Position numbers and translations under genes: made by a program
Assembly (NCBI RefSeq): GCF_040938485.1
Contig: NW_027271534.1
Location: 434,001 to 497,854 of the forward strand
Origin: Diadema antillarum
Taxonomy: Eukaryota
Direction: 5' to 3'
Length of the DNA stretch: 63,854 bases
In this document: positions 38,175 through 49,726 of the stretch, in pieces
Layout: each line of letters starts with the position of its first letter
How positions within the stretch are numbered: the stretch's first letter is position 1
The notes under the pieces: generated by a model
Database searches by the model: none
What the model was told of the DNA's origin: nothing
What the model saw: only the letters and a program-made list of their open reading frames with translations

Positions 38175-38737
38175 TTAATCCGGAATTCAGTGGTTTTATA
38201 CAAAACTAAGCTAGGAGGAAATACAAGTCTAAGACGAAGCAAGTGTGGATTTTGACACATACTACACTATTTTTCTTGGGGGGGGGGGGGTTGGCAGGAC
38301 ATTCTGGCCTTGTCTTTACAGAGGTTTCAATATCTTTTACAGAGGTTTCAATATCTTTTCCACAAAACTGTAAAATATAGATAGAGTTCTCTGTTTGTTG
38401 TAACTGCTGTCAAGTATGTCTGTTCACCAGCCACATTGTATTGGCTGTGCATAGTTTCCCTAATCCATGTGCTACATTTATACTGCATTGAATACATGTA
38501 GAAGGTGAGCTTATAATGTGGTGATGATTGTCTTAGGAACCAAGCTGAAAGAGGTAAGGGAAATACACTAGTGTGCTGGCATTTTTCCACGTAGTGTGAG
38601 TCACTGCCCGAGAGAAACACCTGTGAAAGCTATGCGCAAAATTCCAGGGAAACAGTAAAAAAAAAAAGAGGTGGGGCAGTCTCACTACAAGTAAAAAGTA
38701 AAGAAAATGAACATGCACATGGAGAAGAAGAAGACAC

Positions 38738-38874
38738 CTTGAACACACCCCAAGTTTCTGCAAAGTTTAAAATCTGGGTCAGAGCCTCTTTCTCTAACTG
38801 CTTTAATATGTGATGGCATTCTGAGAAAACGGATGACAAGGCACATTTTGACAGCAGTACTGTGCTTGCCATTT
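38738..38874 (-). CDS. Candidate first coding exon (MASTVLLSKCALSSVFSECHHILKQLEKEALTQILNFAETWGVFK)
   Basis: Acceptor CTCTCGTTTCCCAG, ATG at 38872, 45 codons of amphipathic-helix-like sequence, phase-0 donor AAG|GTGTCT (moderate). Confidence 0.35.
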
Positions 38875-39103
38875 CTGGGAAACGAGAGGCTGCTCCATAG
38901 CAGTGGTCACCCTGGAGGCAATCTATGAGCATATCACTACCTCTGGTATATTATGAGCTTGATCATGATTCCGATGAACGCACGCAACGTTTTCTACCAT
39001 AAACGATGACATCATGATCACTATTTTAACCTGACCTTGCACCCTTGTCTCTGTCCATTACTGGTATACGATGCACTAGGATAATATCAGGCCCACCCCT
39101 TAA

Positions 39104-39188
39104 CCCCTCCTGTGCCAGGGACCTTGGGACAGTGTGCACAATGTTATGGGGTTTTCTCTGCTACTTGGTGAGCAAAGCATACAAAAGG
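39104..39188 (+). mobile_element. Small piggyBac-like MITE family P2
   Basis: TTAA|CCCCTCCTGTG...ACAAAAGG|TTAA, 85 bp. Confidence 0.65.
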
Positions 39189-39284
39189 TTAACATAATGC
39201 ACTGTGAATTTGCTTAAACACTAAGCCTCCATATTATGAAGGTCTCAGTTGTTGTTTTTTCTTCTTCCTACATCACTACCTTAC

Positions 39285-39447
39285 ATGGAGGATCTTGCTT
39301 GCCTATCTTGCTATTGATTCTTTCTTTTCTATCTGGCCAGTTTCAGCTGGCCTTCCGCAGCCAACGAGGGAGCCGTCTATCTCCTTGCTCCATCTCATAT
39401 CGCTGCGCTTCCATCATTCTTCGCTGTCGTTAATGCACAAGGTCGCG
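39285..39447 (-). other. Candidate non-coding (5' UTR) exon containing a uORF
   Basis: Strong acceptor TTTCCCCGCACTGTTCCCCCCAG, donor CAT|GTAAGG; stops in all three entry frames; uORF MMEAQRYEMEQGDRRLPRWLRKAS* (39417-39343). Confidence 0.3.
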
Positions 39448-40084
39448 CTGGGGGGAACAGTGCGGGGAAAGAACTCACAACAGGCATCATCCTTTTCATT
39501 GCCAATTTAGGGATCCCTCTCTGTAAATAAATATATACACATCACTGGGTGGGGAAAAAAAATTGCAGTAGAGTTTCCCACCATCGTGAGACATGCTAGA
39601 GCTCGGCTTCTACAATAGCAGGTGATCAAGTGAGCACATGATATACATCAAATTATTGATATCAATCATCGCTGCAATGCAAGCATTGTAATCATGGCGG
39701 CCGGCAAGGTCACGGAATCGCCACATTTTGCACGGCGTATCGGAGAGATTCGCAAACGGGATACACGTACAAGCATCTGCCAATTGAAAACCAATTCTGC
39801 GCATCATTAAGACCTCAATCATGCCTCAACTATGCAGCCCATGAAGGTTACATTCCATAAAGACCAATTATTTATCACACGTTTTACTAGGAAAACAAAT
39901 GCAGTGTGTGTGATGTTTTATTATGTCAAAATTAGTCTGCAATACCCTAATGCTGTTGTTGTGGTAAAGATAGCAAATGATCACTACTTCCATTTCCAGT
40001 GTGCTTTAAGTATTTACAACTGAAGTGCACTCTCATTTATATACCACCAAGTCTAGCTTCCTTGCTTTGCTATTATTCTTTACT

Positions 40085-40280
40085 TTTAGATTATCGTTAT
40101 CATTAATATTATGATTGATATCATCATTACAAATGCTATTACTAACATTATCATCATTATCAGTATTATTGTCATTGCTGCTATAAGCATAATTCTTTGA
40201 CTTACTATCATCATTAAAAACAGTAATTATTATCACTGTAATTATTGTTGTCATGATCATCGTTATAAGTATCATTAATT
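40085..40280. repeat. Degenerate (TCA/TTA) trinucleotide low-complexity tract
   Basis: Directly visible; similar tract at ~54835-55130. Confidence 0.8.
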
Positions 40281-40427
40281 AGCGTATTATTGTTTGTCAT
40301 TTATTTATTTAGTTGGTATCTTTCAAAAAGGCACAACAGAAAAGCATAAACATATCTGCTGTGTAGAATAGATTGAATATTTCAAACAAGCTGTGTTGTC
40401 TTTAGCATCTTTTCATGAGAAACTTAA

Positions 40428-40980
40428 AGGACAAGTTCACCTTCACATAAATATGGATTGAGATAATGCAGCAATATAAGTGGAACACATCAGTGAAAGT
40501 TTGAGGAAAATTGGACAATCCATTTAAAAGTTATGAATTTTTAAAGTTTCTGTGCAGTCACTGCTGGATGACTACTGCAGTTGATGATGTCACATGCGTA
40601 CAACAATATAAGGAAAATATAAAGATAATTCCACAAAATTTCATTTTTTGAAAAAAGTACACATTCCCTCAACTTGTAACTGATATATGTTAAGGGTAAT
40701 ATCACTCCCCCTGCCTTCTGAAAGAGGCACGTCATTTGCTCTTCATTATGGGTGAAAAGTGAAAATATGTTGAATTTTCTTTATAGTTTCTTTATATGGT
40801 TGTACACTTATGACATCACAAGCTGTGGTAGTCTCCACATACAGCGATCACGGAACTGAAACTTCCAAAACTCATAACTTTTGAACGGATTGCCCAATTT
40901 TCCTCAAACTTTCACCTATGTGTTCTACTAATATTGCTGTATTCTCTCAATCTTCATGTTTATGAAGGTGGACTTGTCCT
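40428..40980. mobile_element. Kolobok-like MITE family A, copy 3
   Basis: TTAA|AGGACAAGTTCACCTTCA...TGAAGGTGGACTTGTCCT|TCAA; homologous to 2671-3239. Confidence 0.8.
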
Positions 40981-43360
40981 TCAATCAGCCCTTCAGCAGT
41001 TCTCAGCAATTAATCTAAACATCATGATATCCTAAACGGGTTTCTTTACAAGAGGTTCAAATCAAAACTGGAAGTGCTTTCTTTGCCGATTAGCACAGAC
41101 GTCTGGAATCTAATAAAAATGTCAATGAACAGCTTAGGGATTACATAATCCCCCTAATCCCTTTTGTGTCACCATGGCCTTCGTGTTGGATTTATGCACA
41201 TTAATTGGTACAATACACCTGAATAGGCTTGGTGTGCTACAGCTTGGTCAAGTTTGGTTGGATTATTGAACGCTGATGGCAAATATAGCAAAGTGCGTGG
41301 GCATATATAAGGTTAATTAGGTATTCAGCAGACTTTATCAGGTGTAATTAGTTTCTGAGCACCAAAATATCTAAAACAGGTTTATTGTAGCCACTGGAGC
41401 TAACTAGGTAGCTGAATACTCTGTTTTCTACATGTGATTTATTCAGATTTGAGTGAGACTTTTGAAATGGAGTACAGCAGAAATGATAGCACTTCAGTGC
41501 AGTTTCTAGTATGATTTTTGCTTTAATGCAAAGGACAAAAGCTGACATGTTAAATGTTCATTTACAGATGCGAGCCTAAAAAAAAATCACTGCAAGATAC
41601 TTCCTTCAAAAACATAAACAACTAAACTAAATATCATCACAAGCATGAGAATTTTGAAGAAGAAAAAACAGGGACAGGATGTGGTTGACTAATTCCTTTA
41701 AAACAATATTTGCTAGTTGCAGAAGGTCAGTATCTCTTTATATAAGCAGCACTGCAGTATATCAGTGCTGAGAACAAAATTGAGTCATCTTAAGTAGATA
41801 TAAACTCACTGCCGTAACAAACTGTAAAACGTTGGCAACGTAGGGATGCCCAGCTAATGAATGCATTGTGTCTCTAAGTATAATCACAAGTACTTCAAGA
41901 AGACAATGTTTGTCATGATATATGTGCATATCTATATACCTATTTATCTATCTCTGTACAGACAGATGGATATATAGCAATACACATACATACGTTTACA
42001 AACCTAGACACAAATGCTGCAGGTGTGTGAGCTGTAGAATAATTCAAGCTGGTTTGACGTGGTGTAAGTTTCTCTTTGATAGGCCTATTCAATGATCACT
42101 GATTGTTTTATCTCTCGTATATATCTTACACAGACACACACACACGCACACACACACACACACACAGATGCACATTCAAATACATGATATATGCATACGT
42201 GTGTATGTGTGGGTGTGTGCTGTGTGTGTCTAATTTACACATTCATTTATTTAGAGGCAGACAAACAAACAAGACGGAAACAGTGACAGACAAACAATGA
42301 GGGAAGTGCATAAAATGTCTGCACTGTTGCGCATTTCGATCATTTGTCAAATTAGGATGACTCTGCACAGAAGCTGAAAAGCCAGCTGAGATTTTTCGGG
42401 TTCAAGTCGGTGCCGAGTTCTGCGAACCGAAAGTCGATGGTCTCCATGCCTAAACAAGCTGTAGATAACCCTCATCGACAAGAATGAATCGCGGCTGGAG
42501 CGTGAACGATTATCACGAGGAATTGCCGTGGCGACAGGCACACTCGATGAGACGTGCACATCGTCTCGTTGGCTTTCCATACCACGGAGGATGGTTACTA
42601 CCCTCCCTCGGAACCACTTATTACTCGACAAATTCCTAACTCAATCACTCGAGTCTAAAGTGGCCAGTTTGTCTTTGATCGAAGTCCCAGGCACACCAAT
42701 TCTCGAGACCTTAATATCAGGGGTGTGGGGGGGGGGGGCTTTTACATTCTTCAGATTCTCTTGAGGGTAAAGCCCTTTCATGGTCTAGATGGTTTAAAGT
42801 GGAAAATCCACTTTGTGTCTTAGTTGGATTCACATGGACAGAGAGTTCACAGAAAGTTAAGCAAAGATAAAATGGAAGTTTCAATAAAACTGGGCATGCA
42901 AGATATGGGATTTCTAAGTTTCTCATGTTCAAAAACAAACAAGCGAGTGCAGCTACAACCACATACGCAGTGCACGCGGGGTGATACTGTCATTTTCTCA
43001 CAAGTCCCCAACAAACCTACACAAAAAGCAGCACAAAATTTTCTTTTCAGATATGATATCAAGATATAACCTACTGTAATGTGCATCGAATGATTGCTGT
43101 GATGTTGTAAACCTAGCACTGGTGACTATCAGGGGAAAGGGGGTTGGAGTGTCTACTGTCTACTGTAACATGTTTTTTACAACATTTTTGTGTACATTCA
43201 AACATGCGGAATATTTGTTGGACTGTGACATCAATGCCTGGTCATGTAATTTACATGTTGTGCGACCACAATTGCCGTTCTGTGTGAAAACACAAAGAAT
43301 TTCAACAATGTCATAACTTCCTTATATTCTGCTATGTCTGCAGTTCGAAAGACATGCCCA

Positions 43361-43491
43361 CGACCAATCACTCGTAAATCATGCGTTGATTTGCATATTT
43401 AAAGCACCTCGACTGTGCAGAAGTACCTTACTGGCATGCTTGCGCTTGACAAAGTAGCTGCATGACTCACGCGTCTCGCTTTGACGTAAGT
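43361..43491 (+). promoter_or_regulatory. Compact promoter-like module: CCAAT, octamer, TATA-like box, AP-1, CRE-like site / 5' splice site
   Basis: CCAAT 43364, ATTTGCAT 43389-43396, TATTTAAA 43396-43403, TGACTCA 43463-43469, TGAC|GTAAGT 43482-43491. Confidence 0.4.
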
Positions 43492-43810
43492 TTCCCTACA
43501 TCAATTTTGATGAAACTTTTATCACTCTGCTTTGTTGGATTTCATTCCATTCACGGCAGTCAACTTCAACATGACGTGACATTAAGCACTGCACTTTGAA
43601 GAAAAAACAACAACAACTATCCCCGGGCCTCCTTATTCTGCTTTATATTTTTTATTGTTAGTGTTGTTAACGCAGTAAAGTACACTGCATCACTTCAAAA
43701 ATGAGACAAGACAAAGGCCTGAACAAATGACAGGTGACCGCCGTAGTATAAACCTGTTTGGCTGACTTAAAGAGATATACGAGCTCAACTTCTCCATACG
43801 TCCTTAGTAC

Positions 43811-44164
43811 CATGGGCCGGCAGAATGGGGGGAGGGGGGAAGGCACTTATATATATACACTTATATATATATATACACTTATATATAGGGTGTCACCACT
43901 TTGGCCTCCCCCCCCCCCCCAACACTTTCTTTGAACTGGAAGTGGCACTACCCCTACCCCCCCCCCCCAAAAAAAAAAATAGAATGAAACCTCTGAGAGC
44001 GGTAAGCCCTTTGTTTTTGTGCTGAAGACATTTTTTTTTCTTTTTCTTTTTTGCTTGTCAGCTGAAGAAACCCGGAAGTGGCCTTTTTTTTGTTGCTTGC
44101 TAGCTCATGAAACCTGGAAGTGGCCCCCATTCCCACTTTTGAAACAAATGTGGCTGCGGCCATG
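43811..44164 (-). mobile_element. hAT-like non-autonomous element, copy 2 (inverted relative to 12652)
   Basis: CATGGGCCGG...GGCTGCGGCCATG termini; reverse complement matches 12652-12980. Confidence 0.6.
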
Positions 44165-44681
44165 TACTACCATTGTGCAGCCACAGAGCTCCTTAAATGT
44201 CTACATAAGCCTCCAAAATAATTCACACAGGCTGGGGCAGCAGAGCACAATAAAGGGTATTTTACAAATAACTTTACAGCCTAGATTCTTGGTGTTATTG
44301 GTCTTGTTTTCATAGTCCAGAAATCAGTTCCATAATGTATGTTAGTTTGGGGATTATCTTTTTTTTCAAACTGAAATTTTTAGGTTTTTTTGCAGAATAT
44401 TTAAAAAAACTGAGTCTTTTACAAAAGCTATGCCACAGCTTAACAGCTGATTAGGGCTTTCTGTCCATATCTATTATCTCATTATTATTAACAGTACTTT
44501 TGCTTGCTATAATGCATGCATTTTTTTATGATTGATTGAGAAAATGACTTTAAATCAAATCAGGTTTTTTTTTTTTTTTTGCTGAAAAGGTCTTTCACAT
44601 TAAATCCCTGGATATATAAAAATATGATGAACATTCCTTTTTTCTTTCTCTCTTGTTTCTGGTCCAAACATGTTGATTTAA

Positions 44682-44753
44682 CCCGTTCCATACGGGAACC
44701 TGGTGGTCTGTGAATTAAATCTATCGGGATTTCAGAATTCAGTATGGAATGGG
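44682..44753. mobile_element. 72-bp piggyBac-like MITE (family P3)
   Basis: TTAA|CCCGTTCCATAC...GTATGGAATGGG|TTAA; 12-bp TIR with one mismatch. Confidence 0.75.
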
Positions 44754-45449
44754 TTAACTTACTGCCTATGGTAACATGGTAGATAGTGGATAGGGACTTT
44801 AGTGTCTGGTAGTGAACAAGGCAGACAACATGTGCTACATGTTCTTTGTATTACTGCGCATTCATTAGAGCATTCTTCTGTAATTCTACATTGGCCCGAA
44901 ACTCCTGTGTTTTCTGTTCATCATATATTTTCCTCATGAGAACGAGGATAGAAGCCATGGGAACTCTTTAAAATATTTGACATTTAGCTCTGTAAATTGA
45001 CTGTAGCCAGGTACAAAAGTAGTTACATATGAAAGGAAAGGGGGAAAATGGTAGAAGAAGTCTTATCTTCTTCTACTGAATGTATTTGCTTTATACATTT
45101 GCAAGATCTACTCGTACTTTACATGTAAACCAGAAATGAAAGGTAGGGTTTACTTTCTACAGATCTAAAATAACTTGTTTTATCCTCCTGTTCCATTCTA
45201 TAATTCACTTTCTCATACAGGGACTACTAAACCAACTTCAGTGATGAGAATTGTGATTCCATTTTTCTTTCTGATACAGCAAAGTAGCACCGATAATAGT
45301 GATTACTGTAAAATGAGTGGTTTAGAAGAAGCACAGCAGCAATACTAGGTGTTAAATACACACCACTACATCAGACGTTGTTTCCAACCATCTGGGCAGA
45401 AATGGGCGCTCACTGCATACAGAATTGAGGAGCAGCAAATGGAATGAAA

Positions 45450-45510
45450 AACAAGGCCGAACAATGGGCAGACGCGAGAAGCGCAAACAAAGGAACGCTT
45501 CCCACAATGA
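45450..45510 (+). promoter_or_regulatory. Cluster of Sox/TCF (HMG-box)-like sites in a CpG-rich patch
   Basis: AACAAGG, AACAATG, AACAAAG and CACAATG within 60 bp, all on the same strand. Confidence 0.35.
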
Positions 45511-46022
45511 TCTCGAACATCAACGCCCACACGGAGCGAGGTTTGCACAAGTGTGAATGCGTGTGAGTGTGTATGTGTGTGTGTGTGTGTGTGCGGGTGT
45601 GTGAAGTACTGGTATAGTGAATGCTTCCGTATGAACAAATGCACACACACGCATGCACACATGGCAGTCCATATTGCACATCCCTACACTGGGACATAAG
45701 AAACTGTATAGGATACATCAGCGCATGCTATCTTCCACCTCCGTGCAGCATGGCAGCCAAGCATGATCGATACAATGTTTATTTGTGGCTCTCGCCACGA
45801 AATGTCACCACGGGAATAAGAAGGTACCGGAGAAAATGTTACATCTGTGAAACGACAGACTGCCAATACCCACCACAAATACCTCAGTGATCAATGCACT
45901 ATCATTTACAATCCTTTACTGAGAATGCCAACTTCTACATACGCTTGCTTTAATATGCACCTGTTCTTTACATTTCTATGTGCTTGAATCCCCCTTTTAT
46001 ACCAATGCTGGAATTACCTTAA

Positions 46023-46107
46023 CCCATTGAAGACGAGTCCCGAGTATATTCAGTCAGGTGTCTATGAGAAATATGTGTTGTAGCACAATCAGCTAGTCCT
46101 CAATGGG
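46023..46107 (+). mobile_element. piggyBac-like MITE P1
   Basis: TTAA|CCCATTGAAGACG...GTCCTCAATGGG|TTAA, 85 bp. Confidence 0.85.
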
Positions 46108-47035
46108 TTAATAACACTTGGAGGTTCAGCAGTACACAAATTCATCCATTCTCAAATATTTCTTTAAAAAGAAACACCTTTAACTTGTACTTGTCTTGGC
46201 TTAAGAGAAGTTTGTGGACTTTATCGTGGAATTATGCTTGAAATTGAAGGGTCACACTTATGAGTTTGGTTTGCATCAATTTCCATATTATTTCATTCAT
46301 AGTTATAAACGAAATCTTTGAAAAATGCAAATATGGCATGGTTTTATTCATTTTTCCTTTTTCGGGGGGGGGGGGGGATGGGGAGTGTTTTATACAAATG
46401 TAGGACTGTGGTCAATGTTGCTTTCCATACCATTCTGTTTGGAAGAAAAACACCCAGAATTCACACACACACAAATTATCTCTAAAGTTCAAACTTTTGA
46501 CACTAGTACACATCATGTAAGGACATAATTCGATACTATGCTTTTGCATCACTCATTCTTTTAAATTGAATATCCTCAAAGCTGCATTTCCAACAATGGG
46601 ATCTTTTCCTTATCATCTGAACTCTGTCTGACTCACACAGAAACGTCCACTAAATCACTCTGCCCAACACCGTCTTGTTGCCGCAGAATGATGTATTCAA
46701 ATAGTGGTGCATACCGTACTGTTGGGATTACAGTTGACAGTGCTCTTTTTCACCTCTGAATGTATTATAAGGCATTTCGTGAGAGTTCATCCTATAGATT
46801 TTCTTTTAATGCTCTGGGTTGTTTACTGATCAAGGAAGGCACTAAAACAGGAAAAGTATGTGACCCCTCGGTATCCCGGTAAAGACATTAGGAGACAATG
46901 TGAAAATAATGAAACCTCAACGGAGTCTCTCTCGTCTTAACTTGCCTCGGACCACTGTGCTTAAATACCAATGGCACATGATGCATTGCTACTACCTGCG
47001 GAAATCAAAGAGTTAAAGTGGGACGATTTTCTTAC

Positions 47036-47156
47036 ACCCCTCAAACCTGCCTCTTCGTGCCCCTTTACTGGCCCTGCACTCTCCGTCTCTGTCTCTCTCG
47101 CTCTCATCAAGTATGCCAAGCGAGGGCCTCCTTCGCTTCAAATGAGGCTCCAAGGA
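47036..47156 (-). CDS. Weak candidate exon (SLEPHLKRRRPSLGILDESERDRDGECRASKGARRGRFEG)
   Basis: Poly-Y acceptor ending GAAG, donor GGT|GTAAGA; includes a GA microsatellite-like stretch, which weakens the call. Confidence 0.2.
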
Positions 47157-49712
47157 CTTCAGAGGCAAAAAGAGAGCAGGTAAATAATACCAGGAACAAA
47201 AACAACTGCTTAAATCACATGACCTGTTGCTAAGAGAGGCAGACAAAAAAGATGAAAGCACCATGTGGCATATGACGCCAAGTTGAATAATGATCAGTAT
47301 GCTAGTCACACCGCTCCTGAGTGCAAAAAGAGGTAAATATAACACCCCATGTGGGCCTATGTGTACATAACGATAAAGTGCTAAAATCTTCACAAAATAA
47401 TCAAAGCAGTATTTCCGTTATCACATGTGGCTGGAGTGAATCGGATCACAACATTACCATATTATCAACAATCAAAAATAGGAAGAATTGTTGTCATTAC
47501 AACAACGAAAAAAAAAACACTGAATAAAACAACCTGGTGTAAACAATTAATAGCCAGGTGATGATAATACCAGGTGTAAATCAGAAATAAGAAATTGTTG
47601 TTTGAAGCATATTGTTTGAGGAGGTAACTAAAAAACCAATGGTTGAATAATGCATGATCTTTTGACTGATTGGATTTGTCCCTGTGCAGATGATGCAGAT
47701 GTGGTGCACAAATGTTAGGGATGTTACATATCTTCATCATTTCCATTTTTTCTGTGGGAAAAACTACAGCAATCTGGGTGGGGGGTGGGTGGAGGGGGAG
47801 AAGGAAGTGTACAAAAAAAATAAAACCTACTTTCATTTGTAAATGTTATTGTTGGGTTTATTTAGTAGACATACAACTGCCATCAATCAGTGCTAACAGA
47901 TAGTTATGCCAGATTCCTACCAACATACATACACACACACACACACAAACACACACCACATAAAACATAAACACACTTCCATGCACACTTTTTGTGGCTT
48001 TATTTATGCCCTATTCATTCTACCTGTCATTATGCGTTTACTTCAAGTCTCCTTTCGTCACGACGACGACGACCCACGCATCGGGCCCGCATCACAAAAA
48101 AACACATAATAATGGCGCCTTTCGGTATGCCTGCGGGGAAGCGCCGCTTGCTCGTCCTTTTCACCGGGCAACCGAATAGGGGGGCTCTCGAGATTTCGAC
48201 CGCTCACAAATCTATGATGTGGTAGTAACCTGCCACTTGGCTCATCACTCATGTCTGTGTGGTGAAGGCTATAGGAATGACAGCAAAGATTTCTCGAATA
48301 AGAAAGAGAGAGAGAGAGAGGGGGGGGGGGGGGGGGGAAACAAGGCTTGGCCCGTGATCTAAACATGGACAATTCATCAGCAGCAGGTTTAGTCCTGACA
48401 CAAACATGTCTCTGAAGGACCTCTCCTTGCATGAAATATTGATCATACACACACACGTCCACCCACACACATACACTCAAACACATAGAATACAGGCTTA
48501 ATGCCACAGAGTCTGGTAATGGCCCTCTAACTCTGATTCTGCATATTTTACACTATAAATTTTGGTGGCATTGCACAAGCCCTTGCATTATGCATGATTT
48601 TTCAAAATACAGTATCAAGATACAGAGAAAGGCAAACTGAAATTTGAGATTGACATTTTCTTTTTATTTTCATTTTTTTACCCATGTTCTGGAAGGGAAT
48701 AGGGGTTCCTTTCCTCCTCTTTGATGCTATTATGTCATCTTTCCTATTGCCTTGAGAGAAGGAAGTTTCGTCTTTTTCTTCTTCCTTTTTCAGAAAAACA
48801 CATCAGTGGAGTGGAGGACATGAATGTCTACAAGAAATTAACATGAAATTTCTCCTTCTTTATTGTTAATGTATCGCCTCACAGATTTGGTACTTCCCCA
48901 TAAATTTGATACATAAGACTTCTTCTTCCAATATGAAATGGTTGATGAGATCAACCCCTACATGTTCTTGATCCTTGCAAATATGCAGAACAAAAATTGT
49001 ATATTGACTGACAACAAGCAAAATGAAAAAGTGTCTATTACGGCATAGGTGTGAAGCAAGATTATTGTTTGATTCTGGAAAATTTGTTTAAACATTCCAT
49101 CTTAAATCAATGATTGTGTCATTAAGATTTTCACTGACATTAAATATCATAATGAATTATGATGGCAGAGAAAAAGAAAAGTGTCTTATATGAAAAGCTG
49201 GCAGGAGATTTCCATACTTAGGCTTTGATATCATGCTTGGACTGTCAAATTCTTTTCAACCATCCATTTTTGCACATCAGCAATATATAAATTTCACAAA
49301 ATGAAGATCACAGAAAACAGTATTTACACTTAGGGGCGCAAGATGACCTATCATACCATGGCAATTTGCAAATTCTGTAGTAGATATGCCAAGATATTAC
49401 ATTTGTGGCATTATGTATTACTTGACAAAAACTCATATTCATCAGGAAAAATGGAAAACAGAAAAAAAAGGAGTCTGGTAGAAACTATACAGGTCAATTA
49501 CCTTTCATGATTCTATAACTACATTTTTTAGCTTGAGGCTCCCTGTGATGTGATAGCACTGGATGTATTTAGACTGTGACATTATCAAGTGCAGCATTTT
49601 GTCTTTCTGTGAATGATGACATTCAGGACCTTGGCAGAACTGTGTTGATGCATAAGGCCCCGAATCACCTCAGAGTCACAGTGCATTAACCCTCCGTACC
49701 TACATCCTCCCT

Positions 49713-49726
49713 GTTGCCATGGCAGC
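49713..49726. promoter_or_regulatory. RFX X-box-like site (GTTGCCATGGCAGC)
   Basis: One mismatch from consensus; same CCTGTTGCCATGG 13-mer as 33451 and 59191. Confidence 0.5.
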
